DNA of 64,000 nt from Minisyncoccota bacterium (lineage in GTDB: Bacteria; Patescibacteriota; Minisyncoccia; Phycocordibacterales; JAQTLZ01). Location of the stretch: the NCBI GenBank assembly GCA_028714635.1, contig JAQTLZ010000003.1:21237-85236 (forward strand), in the 5' to 3' direction. This document shows positions 45,354 through 54,787 of this stretch, one piece after another. The stretch's first letter is position 1; the number at the start of each line of letters is the position of its first letter. A program made the translations under genes and the position numbers. A model generated the notes under the pieces. That model was not told the DNA's origin. It saw only the letters and a program-made list of their open reading frames with translations, and did not search any database.

Positions 45354-46561
45354 CAACGCTGGACATCCTTCAAGAAACATACACCGCTCTTTCTTCGAAC
45401 AAAGTTCGCACTAGCCTTACTATGCTCGGTATTGTGATAGGAATCGGCTCTGTGATTGCAATGGTCTCTATCGGACAGGGCGCAAAAGTACAAATACAAT
45501 CTTCAATTGAAAGTCTCGGTTCAAACCTTCTCACCATTTTGCCCGGAGTCGTACAGCCGGGACGAGGGCTCGTCTCGTCAGGAAGAGGTTCCGCTCAAAG
45601 TCTCAAAAATGAGGATGTGGATATTATAAAAACAATCGAAGGAATCGCCGCACTTTCTCCAGAATTATCGAGAAGGTTTCAAGTAAGCGCTCCAACAGGA
45701 AATAATACGAACACCACAGTAAATGGAGTTCTCCCGGCGTATCTCGAAGTAAAAAATCTCTCTGTTGCGGAGGGAAATTTCTTAAGCGACGCGAGCATAA
45801 GAAGCATCGGAAGAGAGGCCGTGCTTGGAGCAAATATTGCAAAAGATCTTTTTGGCGAGGCAGACCCGTTGGGAAAAACAATTCGCATAAACAATACTAT
45901 CTTTCGAGTTGTTGGAATATTGACAGCGAAAGGAGGTGCAGGATTTTCCGGACCAGATGATTTAGTTATCATTCCCCTCTCCACAATGCAGAAAGTCTTA
46001 AGCGGAGTGGATTATCTCTCCGCCCTCTATGTGAGCGTGACCGATAAAGAACAGATGAATACGGTGCGCGACCTCATAACCACCGCTCTCCTCGAAAAAC
46101 ACCGGGTGGACGAAGCTGATTTTTCCATCATTTCACAAGAGGATATCTTGGGCACACTTTCTACAGTAGTAAATACTTTTACATTATTCTTAGCTTCTAT
46201 AGCGGGAATTTCACTCGTAGTGGGAGGAATCGGAATTATGAACATGATGCTTACCACCGTCACTGAAAGGACGAAAGAGATAGGACTTCGCAAAGCGATC
46301 GGAGCGAAAAGAAGCGACATTAACACCCAGTTTCTTGTTGAAGCAATCGCACTTACTTTCATCGGAGGATTTATTGGGATTGTTCTGGGATGGTCAATCG
46401 CTTCTCTCGTGACCTATTTCGGCATCGTACAAACGCAAGTTTCGCTTTCTTCCGTGCTTCTGGCCTTTGGAGTTTCAACCGCAATCGGAATTATTTTCGG
46501 ATATTATCCGGCCCGTCGCGCGGCAAAGCTAAATCCAATAGAGGCTTTGCGGTATGAATAA
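45350..46561 (+). CDS. ABC transporter permease (MacB/FtsX-like)
   Basis: RTSLTMLGIVIGIGSV, GGIGIMNMM..V.ERTKEIGLRKAIGA and PIEALRYE motifs. Confidence 0.95.
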   Translation: MTTLDILQETYTALSSNKVRTSLTMLGIVIGIGSVIAMVSIGQGAKVQIQSSIESLGSNLLTILPGVVQPGRGLVSSGRGSAQSLKNEDVDIIKTIEGIAALSPELSRRFQVSAPTGNNTNTTVNGVLPAYLEVKNLSVAEGNFLSDASIRSIGREAVLGANIAKDLFGEADPLGKTIRINNTIFRVVGILTAKGGAGFSGPDDLVIIPLSTMQKVLSGVDYLSALYVSVTDKEQMNTVRDLITTALLEKHRVDEADFSIISQEDILGTLSTVVNTFTLFLASIAGISLVVGGIGIMNMMLTTVTERTKEIGLRKAIGAKRSDINTQFLVEAIALTFIGGFIGIVLGWSIASLVTYFGIVQTQVSLSSVLLAFGVSTAIGIIFGYYPARRAAKLNPIEALRYE

Positions 46562-46566
46562 GGAAG

Positions 46567-48192
46567 CTAGAGAGTAAAAAGAATTCCTTCGTACGGCCGA
46601 AGTGTAATTTTATTTTTCTCCGACACGAGAGGAGCATTCATATAGGATGAACATACTATGTTAATATCCTTTTTTATCAGAACCAACTCTTCAACTACTG
46701 TTTCATTTGAAAAATTAAGCATAACAAACCATTCCTCTTTTTTTGTGTATCTCTTATAGAAAAAGATATCGGCGGACTTTGTGTCAAGCGGCATATATGC
46801 TCCATATCGTAGACATTCTGAAGCGTTGCGGTAATAGAGAAGCATTTTATAAAGGTAAAACATAGATTCCGGATTTGCCCTTTCTGTTTTAACGTTTACC
46901 TTCGCGTAGTCATCCGAAACAGGAAGCCACGGTTCCGCTTCCGAAAAGCCCGCATAGAGATCGTCCGACCATTGCATCGGTGTTCTTTCCGGATCCCGAA
47001 TAATCGAAGGATTCTCGATGAGCGTAGCGAAACCATCTTTCATCTTGTGTTTTGGAATAGCAACATCTCTCATCCCGATTTCTTCTCCGTAATAGACGAA
47101 GGCAGTTCCTCGAAGCGTAAGAAGCATAAGTGCAAGGAGACGCGTGCGATGTTCTCCAAAGCGCGTCAAAATCCTCTTATGGTCATGATTACCGAGCACG
47201 TAGGTCGGAATCCTGTTTGGACCCACAAGCTTATCGAACGCGTTTATAAATGAGCGATAACTTTCAGCAGACCAGGGCTCTTTGAAAATCTCGAAAAAAT
47301 TAAAATTGAAAGGCGCGTGATTGTGATAAGGGCATCCATCGTAGATCTTCATAAGTTTGGCCAAATTGAGATACGATTCTGTCACCACAAATATATCTTT
47401 GAATTTTTTCGAACATTCACAAATATAATTGATAACGCCCGCAACTTCAGGTTGATTCTCATCATACAAATGAAGGAAGGCGTCATAAGGAATATCAACA
47501 CCCGAAGCGAAATGCTTATTCACCGGGTCATCACGGAAACGCTCGTCTTCGATCGTGTGCGCGACTGCATCTACGCGAAAACCGTCAACTCCCCTTTTGA
47601 GCCAAAAATCAATTATCTTTTTAAATTCTCTCCGGACCTCTTCATTTCTCCAATTCAAATCTGGCTGGTGCGGGAGAAAATGATGGAGATAACATTGCCC
47701 AGTCGAAGGATCGGGTGTCCACGCTGGCCCGCCAGAAACAGCAAGCCAGTTATTCGGAGGTAGTCCTCCGGGCAGAGGATCTTTCCAAACGTACCAATCA
47801 CGCTTTGGGTTCGTTTTTGACATTCTCGCTTCCTGAAACCATGGATGTTCCCGGGAAGTATGATTGACCACCAAATCCATAATAATCTTAAGCCCCCGCT
47901 TGTGCGCCTCTACTATAAGCTTGTCGAAAATCCCGAGCGTTCCAAATCTGGGATCTATATTGCAATAATCCGTAACATCATAGCCGAAATCCTTCATCGG
48001 CGATGGATATACAGGTGAAATCCACAAAGCATCAACGCCCAGGGAATGCGGGCTGCCCCGAAAATAATCGAGCTTTGAAATAATACCTTCAAGGTCGCCA
48101 ATACCGTCTCCGTTCGAGTCTTGAAAGCTCCACGGATAAATTTGATAAATAACCGCGTTTTCGTACCACTTAGGACGATGAAACCAAAACAT
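46567..48192 (-). CDS. GH13 alpha-glucosidase/oligo-1,6-glucosidase
   Basis: YQIYP.SFQDSNGDGIGDL, DLVVNHTS, DGFRVDAV, NHD and YYGEEIGM motifs. Confidence 0.93.
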   Translation of the reverse strand: MFWFHRPKWYENAVIYQIYPWSFQDSNGDGIGDLEGIISKLDYFRGSPHSLGVDALWISPVYPSPMKDFGYDVTDYCNIDPRFGTLGIFDKLIVEAHKRGLKIIMDLVVNHTSREHPWFQEARMSKTNPKRDWYVWKDPLPGGLPPNNWLAVSGGPAWTPDPSTGQCYLHHFLPHQPDLNWRNEEVRREFKKIIDFWLKRGVDGFRVDAVAHTIEDERFRDDPVNKHFASGVDIPYDAFLHLYDENQPEVAGVINYICECSKKFKDIFVVTESYLNLAKLMKIYDGCPYHNHAPFNFNFFEIFKEPWSAESYRSFINAFDKLVGPNRIPTYVLGNHDHKRILTRFGEHRTRLLALMLLTLRGTAFVYYGEEIGMRDVAIPKHKMKDGFATLIENPSIIRDPERTPMQWSDDLYAGFSEAEPWLPVSDDYAKVNVKTERANPESMFYLYKMLLYYRNASECLRYGAYMPLDTKSADIFFYKRYTKKEEWFVMLNFSNETVVEELVLIKKDINIVCSSYMNAPLVSEKNKITLRPYEGILFTL

Positions 48193-48225
48193 ACTTTTAT
48201 TATAACGCAGATTCTGAAATCTATC

Positions 48226-49377
48226 TCAGCCGTTTTTATGATCTTTCCAGTGTTTCTCCCAAATGAGCTCGTGTAGTTTTGCAAAAAGTTTCTCAGCTTT
48301 TAATTTTATCTTTTCATCAACATTTGAAAGTGCGCGCACCGCGAGAAGAAGCTGTTTCGCCCCCTTTTCAATTTCTGTCGGATTCCAAGAGACTGGAGAA
48401 AACGGACCGATCTTCCTTTCGCTCGCCCACCACCATGCACAACTTGCTACTCCTTTGTCGGCATACTTTCTTGCTTTTCCATATTCTAAATCTCCCTGCG
48501 CGCCTTCGACAGTTTTAAGGACAAAGTTCCTAAACAGATTGAGGCGTTTATGAATCATATTTCTTGGGTCGTTCCAAAGTCCAAAAGGAATTTTCTCGGC
48601 AAGTTCTTCTTTGGTGGATTCCCAGCTTGCCTCGCGAACCGAAATAGTTTCGCTTTTAGAGAGTCGAGAAAGATATTCAGAAGCTGCAAGAGTCTTCACC
48701 TCCATGTCGGTGAAAATACGTTCATAAAATCCCCTATCGTCTGTATGCCAATGTCCGTAGAGTTCTCCATCATGAAGCGTGACAATATAATCACCCAGAA
48801 TTTTCGCCTTATTTTGAGAAATATATTCAGGAGGAAATGTTTTCGAGAATTCAGTATTGCGAAAAATGACATTCAGTCCGTTGCCTTTTAAGACGTATCT
48901 GACTTCCGGATTCACTTTGGCTTCCGTGTGGGTTTCATCGAGAACAAGGAAAGTAAACCCGAGCTTTTTCAAGACGCTCGCGACTTTTTTCCCGTAGGCA
49001 AGTTCGGGCAGATAAAAACCGGCCGTTTTATATGCATTTCCAAAATATTTTTTCAAAACATCTTCATTCAGTTGTATCTGCCGTTCTATTTCTTTTTTCG
49101 ACAAAAGCGGAAGTATTGGATGATACATCGCGCTCCCGAGAAGTTCGATCCTCCCCTCATCGGCGAATTTTCGAATACCAAGAAGTATGTCCGCCCTCCC
49201 GTATTTCTCTAAGAGCTCAACAAGCGAACCGTTAATATTTAAAGTAATCTTAAGATTGGGATATTTTTCGAGAAGCTTCAAAATAAGCGAGTAGCTCTCA
49301 TTTGAAACTTTTTCTATCACCTCCTTCTCCTGCGTCGGCGGCTGATAGATATGCAAAATGTTGACCCAATACTTCAT
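48226..49377 (-). CDS. Glycoside hydrolase family 57
   Basis: HIYQP, YHPILPL, GFYLPELAY, HDGELYGHW and SW conserved regions. Confidence 0.88.
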   Translation of the reverse strand: MKYWVNILHIYQPPTQEKEVIEKVSNESYSLILKLLEKYPNLKITLNINGSLVELLEKYGRADILLGIRKFADEGRIELLGSAMYHPILPLLSKKEIERQIQLNEDVLKKYFGNAYKTAGFYLPELAYGKKVASVLKKLGFTFLVLDETHTEAKVNPEVRYVLKGNGLNVIFRNTEFSKTFPPEYISQNKAKILGDYIVTLHDGELYGHWHTDDRGFYERIFTDMEVKTLAASEYLSRLSKSETISVREASWESTKEELAEKIPFGLWNDPRNMIHKRLNLFRNFVLKTVEGAQGDLEYGKARKYADKGVASCAWWWASERKIGPFSPVSWNPTEIEKGAKQLLLAVRALSNVDEKIKLKAEKLFAKLHELIWEKHWKDHKNG

Positions 49378-49385
49378 ACAAGAAA

Positions 49386-50888
49386 TTATTTGCCATTCCC
49401 TCCTCCATTCCTCATAAACTTCTTCTTGAGCCGTATTGTGGTCTTATAGAGTTCAATATATTTTTGCGCTGGAATTATCCAAGAATTCGCCTGCTGAAGT
49501 CCGAAGACAACAAGAGCTTTCCATGTATCTTTATATTTGTATGTCTCAAGTGCACGAACGATTGCAATCAAGAGATTTCCGGAGTCATACCGAGTGAATG
49601 TAAACCCGTTTCCGGTTTGCTCGTACGGATCAAAATCAGTGATAGTGTCTGCCAATCCGCCGATATGGTGGACGATTGGAATACATCCATAACGAAGAGC
49701 AATGAGCTGATTGATTCCGCACGGCTCAAAACGCGATGGAAGAAGAAACATATCTGACCCCGCATAAAGAGAAGTCTCCATATCGCTATCAAAAGGAACA
49801 AATGCGAACTTTTTCGGAAATTCTTTTTCCGCAGCTGAAAGCGTGTCGCTGAGCGCCTTATCTCCATCCCCCATAATGATAATCTGTGCATTCAAACGCA
49901 AAATGGTAGAGACTACCAGAGAAAAAAGGTCGAAACCTTTCTGATTGGTAATGCGAGATGTCATGCAGATAAGAGGTACAGACTCATCTACTTCCAAACC
50001 GTACTTTTTCTGAATATAAAGCTTATTGTCTTTTTTTCTATTCGCAGATTTGTCGCTATAATGTTGAACAAGACCCGGATCAGTGAGCGGATTGTAATCA
50101 TCGTAATCAATACCATTTACAATTCCAAAAACAATTTTTTCTCGATTTTTAAGAACACGATTCAACTCCTGACCGAAGTCTTTGGTCATGATCTCTTCTC
50201 GATATGTTTCTGATACAGTATTGATCGCATCAGCGTTCATAATCGCGCGCTTTGCGAAATTGATTTTCTCTACCCTATCGATATCATCAAACGTCGGCAA
50301 GGAAGAAGTGCCGGGATCGCGCTCACCCTCAGGAATAGCCCACCAATCATGCCCGAGCTGGAATGCAAGATTGTGTATAGTGAAAAGGCACGCAGTATCA
50401 TGCCAAAATTCGTCTTTTTTATATCGTCCGCGCAAAAAATAAGGAATGAGGCCGGTGTGCCAATCGTGACAATGAAGCACATTCGCCTTTAGATCAAGTA
50501 GTTTAAGAAGATGAAGCGCGGCAACATCAAAGAAAAAGAAGCGGGCATTATCGTTTACCGCTCCATATAGAGTGTTTCTTTCGCCGAAAAATTTCTTGCT
50601 TGCCACAAAATACACGGGCACATCGCTTGATGGAAGCATACCCTTCAAGAAACTCACCTCCTCCCAAATTCCGGGAGAAAGTTCTATATGCTCATTTTCA
50701 GCGACAACTTCGAGCGTCTGGCCTTCGATATTGACGATATTCTCGTAGTAAGGAGTGATGATAAGAACGTTATGGCCAAGTTCTCTGTGAGCACGAGGAA
50801 GAGAGCCTCCGATCGTGGCTAAACCACCACTTTTGGAAAAAGGTTGAACCTCCGAGATGATATGGGCGATTGTAAGGCGTTGGCGCAT
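49386..50888 (-). CDS. glgA: Glycogen/starch synthase (GT5)
   Basis: KSGGLA, HCHDWH, FTIHNL, GIVNGID and PSRFEPCG motifs. ATG start at 50888 preferred. Confidence 0.93.
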   Translation of the reverse strand: MRQRLTIAHIISEVQPFSKSGGLATIGGSLPRAHRELGHNVLIITPYYENIVNIEGQTLEVVAENEHIELSPGIWEEVSFLKGMLPSSDVPVYFVASKKFFGERNTLYGAVNDNARFFFFDVAALHLLKLLDLKANVLHCHDWHTGLIPYFLRGRYKKDEFWHDTACLFTIHNLAFQLGHDWWAIPEGERDPGTSSLPTFDDIDRVEKINFAKRAIMNADAINTVSETYREEIMTKDFGQELNRVLKNREKIVFGIVNGIDYDDYNPLTDPGLVQHYSDKSANRKKDNKLYIQKKYGLEVDESVPLICMTSRITNQKGFDLFSLVVSTILRLNAQIIIMGDGDKALSDTLSAAEKEFPKKFAFVPFDSDMETSLYAGSDMFLLPSRFEPCGINQLIALRYGCIPIVHHIGGLADTITDFDPYEQTGNGFTFTRYDSGNLLIAIVRALETYKYKDTWKALVVFGLQQANSWIIPAQKYIELYKTTIRLKKKFMRNGGGNGK

Positions 50889-50932
50889 AAAATGTGCGAA
50901 TGGGTACAACAATACCACATTTTAAGCCAATT

Positions 50933-51388
50933 TCAAAGGGGCATTAGGCGAGTACGAATCGGATGGAGATGAGCGGCAATACCTATAGCTACCGCAATAA
51001 TAGCGATGTTTTTGATGATATATTGACCTTCGAGAGTGGGCACCAAAACTGCCGTCCAGACCATTTTCGGCAGAATAAAGAGGGGAAGCATAGTTGTAAT
51101 CATGTGAATGAAAAGAAGCGGAATAACTACCCTCTCGAGCCCCGGGATAAGAAAAAGAATTCCGATAAGCATTTCAAAAAGGCCAAAAAATATAAGAAAT
51201 GTCGGCGGATCCATAAAAGGCATAGTTGAGTGAAGGAGCGTCTTGACCATGACTGACGCAGGACTAAGTCCGAGTACTTTCAAAAAACCAAACCAGAAAA
51301 AAACCAGAAAAATAGAAAACCTTGCGAGGGGAATTGAAATCCTTCTTACAAAATGGAGAATCTGGAGGTCTATCCGTTTTATATTCAT
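50933..51388 (-). CDS. DoxX/DUF417-like membrane protein
   Basis: FFWFGFLK...SPA, GLFEMLIG and TLEGQYIIKN motifs. Confidence 0.75.
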   Translation of the reverse strand: MNIKRIDLQILHFVRRISIPLARFSIFLVFFWFGFLKVLGLSPASVMVKTLLHSTMPFMDPPTFLIFFGLFEMLIGILFLIPGLERVVIPLLFIHMITTMLPLFILPKMVWTAVLVPTLEGQYIIKNIAIIAVAIGIAAHLHPIRTRLMPL

Positions 51389-51424
51389 CCTTCTATTTTA
51401 GATAAAATCTGTTCAAAAGAAAAC

Positions 51425-51823
51425 CTAGACCACCATTTGCCTCTTCTTTGCTAAATAACCATCGAGCGACAATTCATTAGGTTCTCCCATTGCCATTGAG
51501 AGAGCGGCCATTCCCAATCCAAAATCCCGGACTCCAACGGCACCGTAGCCCAAAGTGTATGCAATGTGGAAGATATGGAGCGCCACAAGAAAAGCAACAA
51601 TTCTTGTTTGAAATCCAACAAGAAGCGCGAGACCGAAGATAATTTCAAACCAACTATTGATAGCAATGAGAGTAAGGGGTGTAAATGGGAGTGATGCTGT
51701 CCATGCAGGTAGAATTCTCACCCACATCTGCGGATGTAAGAGCTGTTGAAAACCAAACCACAAAACGACGAGACTAATACCGACGCGAAGCACAAGCGGA
51801 GCATATTTTTTCATATTCTTCAT
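51425..51823 (-). CDS. DoxX family membrane protein
   Basis: LRVGI...LWFG, FEIIFGLALLVG..TR, RDFG and SLD motifs. Confidence 0.82.
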   Translation of the reverse strand: MKNMKKYAPLVLRVGISLVVLWFGFQQLLHPQMWVRILPAWTASLPFTPLTLIAINSWFEIIFGLALLVGFQTRIVAFLVALHIFHIAYTLGYGAVGVRDFGLGMAALSMAMGEPNELSLDGYLAKKRQMVV

Positions 51824-51835
51824 AATAAAAATTAA

Positions 51836-52243
51836 TTATTTTAAAACTCCAATAAAAAGAGATGCGAGCTCTGCTTCCGGACGCGCTTGTCCTCCATGCA
51901 TAGCTGTAAAGGCAGCTGTCCCATCTTTCCCGCAAAGAGAGAGAATTGCTTCTCGTCCGCCTGGGTGCTGGTCTATCCAACTGGTAAGATCGTACACCTT
52001 CGCATTTATCGTCGTATAGCAACTCTGTGCATTAGCGTGCGCTGCCACATCAGCAAGTGAGTACTCCCGAGATCCACTTGAAACAGGAGAACCGGAAGGA
52101 CTTTCACTCGGGACAGGTGTCTCGGTTGAACCAGTTAAAGTCGGAGAAGGGCTTGGCGAAGTTGCAGTCTGGCTTGAAAATAAGAAAATACCTCCAACAA
52201 GCAAAAGAACAACAATAATACCCAGAATGATTTTAGAGTTCAT
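51836..52243 (-). CDS. Membrane-anchored cytochrome b5-like heme-binding protein
   Basis: V..H....C...I..KVYDLT.WI..HPGG....CGKDGT..F...H motif; N-terminal TM and S/P/T linker. Confidence 0.9.
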   Translation of the reverse strand: MNSKIILGIIVVLLLVGGIFLFSSQTATSPSPSPTLTGSTETPVPSESPSGSPVSSGSREYSLADVAAHANAQSCYTTINAKVYDLTSWIDQHPGGREAILSLCGKDGTAAFTAMHGGQARPEAELASLFIGVLK

Positions 52244-52297
52244 CGGAAAAATTGCTTAGTATTAATATCTCATTATAGCAGAAAATCTGCCTCGCAA

Positions 52298-52927
52298 CTA
52301 TTTTCTGCTTGCGAGAGCAACTTTGATACCGAGAATGATAAGTACGGCACCAGTTACCCGCTCGATATGATGTTGCACTTTTGAGATCCTTGCTTTGATA
52401 AGCGGATTCGAGAAAAACACAGAAACAAGCGAGAACCACATAAAAGTCATCGCTACCATTTCAATACCGTACAAGCTCTCGATAAATCTTGGTGTTCCTG
52501 GATTTATGACTTGAGTGAAAAGAGCGAGCATAAAAAGCGTAACCTTCGGATTTAATACATTCGTGAGAAATCCGATTCGAATCGCAGACAATGGACTCAT
52601 TTCTTTTTCAACTTTCAGAATCTCTTCCACTTTCTCAGCTTGAGGCTTTGCTCGGAGAGACTTATATCCAATATAAATAAGATATCCTGCACCAAGATAT
52701 TTTATAATGCTAAACAAAAGGATCGATTGTGAGATAAGAAGCCCGATACCAAAAAGACAGTAGGTAACGTGCATCGCAATCCCAATGGCCAATCCAATAG
52801 AGGTATATACCCCCACTTTTCTTGAATAGATGATGCTATTTCTTGTCACCACAACAAAATCAGGTCCAGGACTCATGACAGCAAGAAGATGAACTATGAC
52901 AACAGTGAAAAATTGAGCTAGATACAT
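52298..52927 (-). CDS. LysE/RhtB family translocator
   Basis: SPGPDF, KYLGAGYLIYIG and GFLTNVLNPK motifs. Confidence 0.92.
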   Translation of the reverse strand: MYLAQFFTVVIVHLLAVMSPGPDFVVVTRNSIIYSRKVGVYTSIGLAIGIAMHVTYCLFGIGLLISQSILLFSIIKYLGAGYLIYIGYKSLRAKPQAEKVEEILKVEKEMSPLSAIRIGFLTNVLNPKVTLFMLALFTQVINPGTPRFIESLYGIEMVAMTFMWFSLVSVFFSNPLIKARISKVQHHIERVTGAVLIILGIKVALASRK

Positions 52928-52958
52928 TCTTTTATCTTAGTGAAAAGAAGGATGTGGG

Positions 52959-53456
52959 TCAAACCTTAAGCAACCAACCGATAGCAAAGCCTGCAAGCGC
53001 ACTCAAAATACCGATAATCAGAATCTCGAGGCCGCCACGCAATTTGCCTCTCCCCATTTCTTCAGCATTTCGAGCTCCAAATCCAAAGAGGACAAGCGCT
53101 GCTCCGCCCATTGAGACCACCATGCTGACAGAAGTAGAAAAGAATAAGAACGAGACGAGAGGAATGAGCGAACCTAAAAGTGCAGAGAATCCGATGATAA
53201 AAGAGCTGAAAATGAGCTCGTGAGTGTTCATTGTATTTCTTCTTCCAGTATCAGCGAGCGAAGAAGTATACCCGACCCCGCCCATAGCTATGGCTTCAGA
53301 AAAGCCGGCGGCAAGACCGGCGATGAGAATCACTCTCGTAGAAGCGCCGGAAGCAAAAAGTCCGAGGGAAAGACCGAGCACATTCACCAATCCATCTTGT
53401 CCGCCAAGAATGACATCTCGTAGTTCTATTTTTTTGTTTTTAAATATGATGAGCAT
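52959..53456 (-). CDS. VIT1/CCC1 family metal transporter
   Basis: LRDVILGGQDGLV and AG.SEAIAMG..Y.S motifs. Confidence 0.88.
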   Translation of the reverse strand: MLIIFKNKKIELRDVILGGQDGLVNVLGLSLGLFASGASTRVILIAGLAAGFSEAIAMGGVGYTSSLADTGRRNTMNTHELIFSSFIIGFSALLGSLIPLVSFLFFSTSVSMVVSMGGAALVLFGFGARNAEEMGRGKLRGGLEILIIGILSALAGFAIGWLLKV

Positions 53457-53466
53457 ATCTTTAATA

Positions 53467-53973
53467 TCATTTCACCACTTTGTAATGCAGCTGAATTTCA
53501 TTATCAGTAATTTTCTTTGAATCAATAAATTCTAGCTTCCTCTCGAAATCTAGACCATTGAAAAGCGGAATTCCCTTCCCCATGATCATTGGTTCGATAT
53601 CAAGATAGATCTCATCTACCAAATTTTCTGAGAGAAATGAGGCGTTCAGAACCCCGCCGCCAGCAACGATGACTGTCTTAAAATTTCTTAATAATTCAAG
53701 AGCTTCTTTCGGAGAGTGCGCAACAAAATGATTAGGACTTAACGTCTTGAAATCTTGATGCGAAACCACTATCACTTTTACAGCCTCGAGCTCTGCAGGT
53801 CCAGGCTGCTTTGTAATGATTTGATACGTCCTGTGTCCCAAAATAATATTACCCGACGTTTGCACCGAAGCGTTGAAACTATTCCACTCCTCTTTTGATA
53901 TCCAGCTCGTATCATCATTACCTTTCGCAATGAGGCCGTTCGCCGTTGTCGCCATATAAAGAATTACTTTCAT
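53467..53973 (-). CDS. Dihydrofolate reductase/RibD C-terminal domain protein
   Basis: MATTANGLIA, LGHRTY, GGG and LVDEI.L.IEP...GKGIPLF motifs. Confidence 0.88.
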   Translation of the reverse strand: MKVILYMATTANGLIAKGNDDTSWISKEEWNSFNASVQTSGNIILGHRTYQIITKQPGPAELEAVKVIVVSHQDFKTLSPNHFVAHSPKEALELLRNFKTVIVAGGGVLNASFLSENLVDEIYLDIEPMIMGKGIPLFNGLDFERKLEFIDSKKITDNEIQLHYKVVK

Positions 53974-54053
53974 AATAGAAAATTATAGCAGAGTTTTTGA
54001 AGAAAAAATCGCCCACTACTCTGCGCACATTAGGACGTATAGACTGAGAACCC

Positions 54054-54095
54054 AAAAATGAAAAACAGTCTACTGAAAGACTGTTTTTCATTTTT
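54054..54095. terminator. Terminator hairpin (17-bp IR)
   Basis: aaaaatgaaaaacagtc-tactgaaa-gactgtttttcattttt. Confidence 0.75.
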
Positions 54096-54118
54096 AGATT
54101 ATTTTTACAAGGCGTTCC

Positions 54119-54724
54119 TTAAGAAGAACAAAGTTCACCGAGCATCTTAGGACCAACAACTCCTATCCGGCCACGACCATGTGCGAACTGATAGTCTTCA
54201 ACTTTTTTCATCGTCAGTCGAAGAAACTTAGTCGTATAGTGAGTCAAACCAGTGTCTTTAAAAAAGTCAGACAGCGAAGGCCAGAGCAGTTCTTGCAATG
54301 CTGTTACGCGAGGCCCTTCTGATCGAAAGAAGAGCGAACTAAGAGAACTGCAGAGAACTTGTTGAGCTGTTAATCCTTGACCTGATCCGGAACCACCACC
54401 GCCACCTCCATTTCCACCCTGAACATTCGGGTTGTTGCTGAACCCCGGAGTAAGTCCTGGGGGACAAGGAGCACCGGTGCTTGGACTGTAGCTATCTGGG
54501 TAGACACAATCAGTCGGAACGGGAAGAACTCGAGCTTGTGGCGCTGCCCGTCCTCCTGATGTATGGTGACGGACTGGAGTTGGAGTGACTTCTTCAGAAC
54601 CAAAGGCAATGCCTTGTCCTGGATCATTTACAAAAACCTTCTGAATATAAAACGGCAAGATAAAGAGAAATAAAGAAGCCACCAATATCCCTCCAATTAT
54701 TTTAGATTTAGACATTTTTATCAA
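54119..54724 (-). CDS. Exported protein with a divergent peptidoglycan-binding-like C-terminal domain
   Basis: N-terminal TM; C..P.SYSPSTGAPC motif; Gly linker; L..RSEG..V..LQ..L...T...V..YQ..HG...G.VGP..L pattern. Confidence 0.65.
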   Translation of the reverse strand: MIKMSKSKIIGGILVASLFLFILPFYIQKVFVNDPGQGIAFGSEEVTPTPVRHHTSGGRAAPQARVLPVPTDCVYPDSYSPSTGAPCPPGLTPGFSNNPNVQGGNGGGGGGSGSGQGLTAQQVLCSSLSSLFFRSEGPRVTALQELLWPSLSDFFKDTGLTHYTTKFLRLTMKKVEDYQFAHGRGRIGVVGPKMLGELCSS

Positions 54725-54787
54725 GTTATATTCTAATAATCATATTGTACTTCAATCCAAGAAAAAAGAAAGAAACCTGTGGATAAC

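Noticed and set aside
42487-50888. MarR-MacAB-like exporter and glgA/GH57/GH13 cluster as novel systems
   Set aside because: Well-known families in ordinary arrangements; nothing unusual seen.
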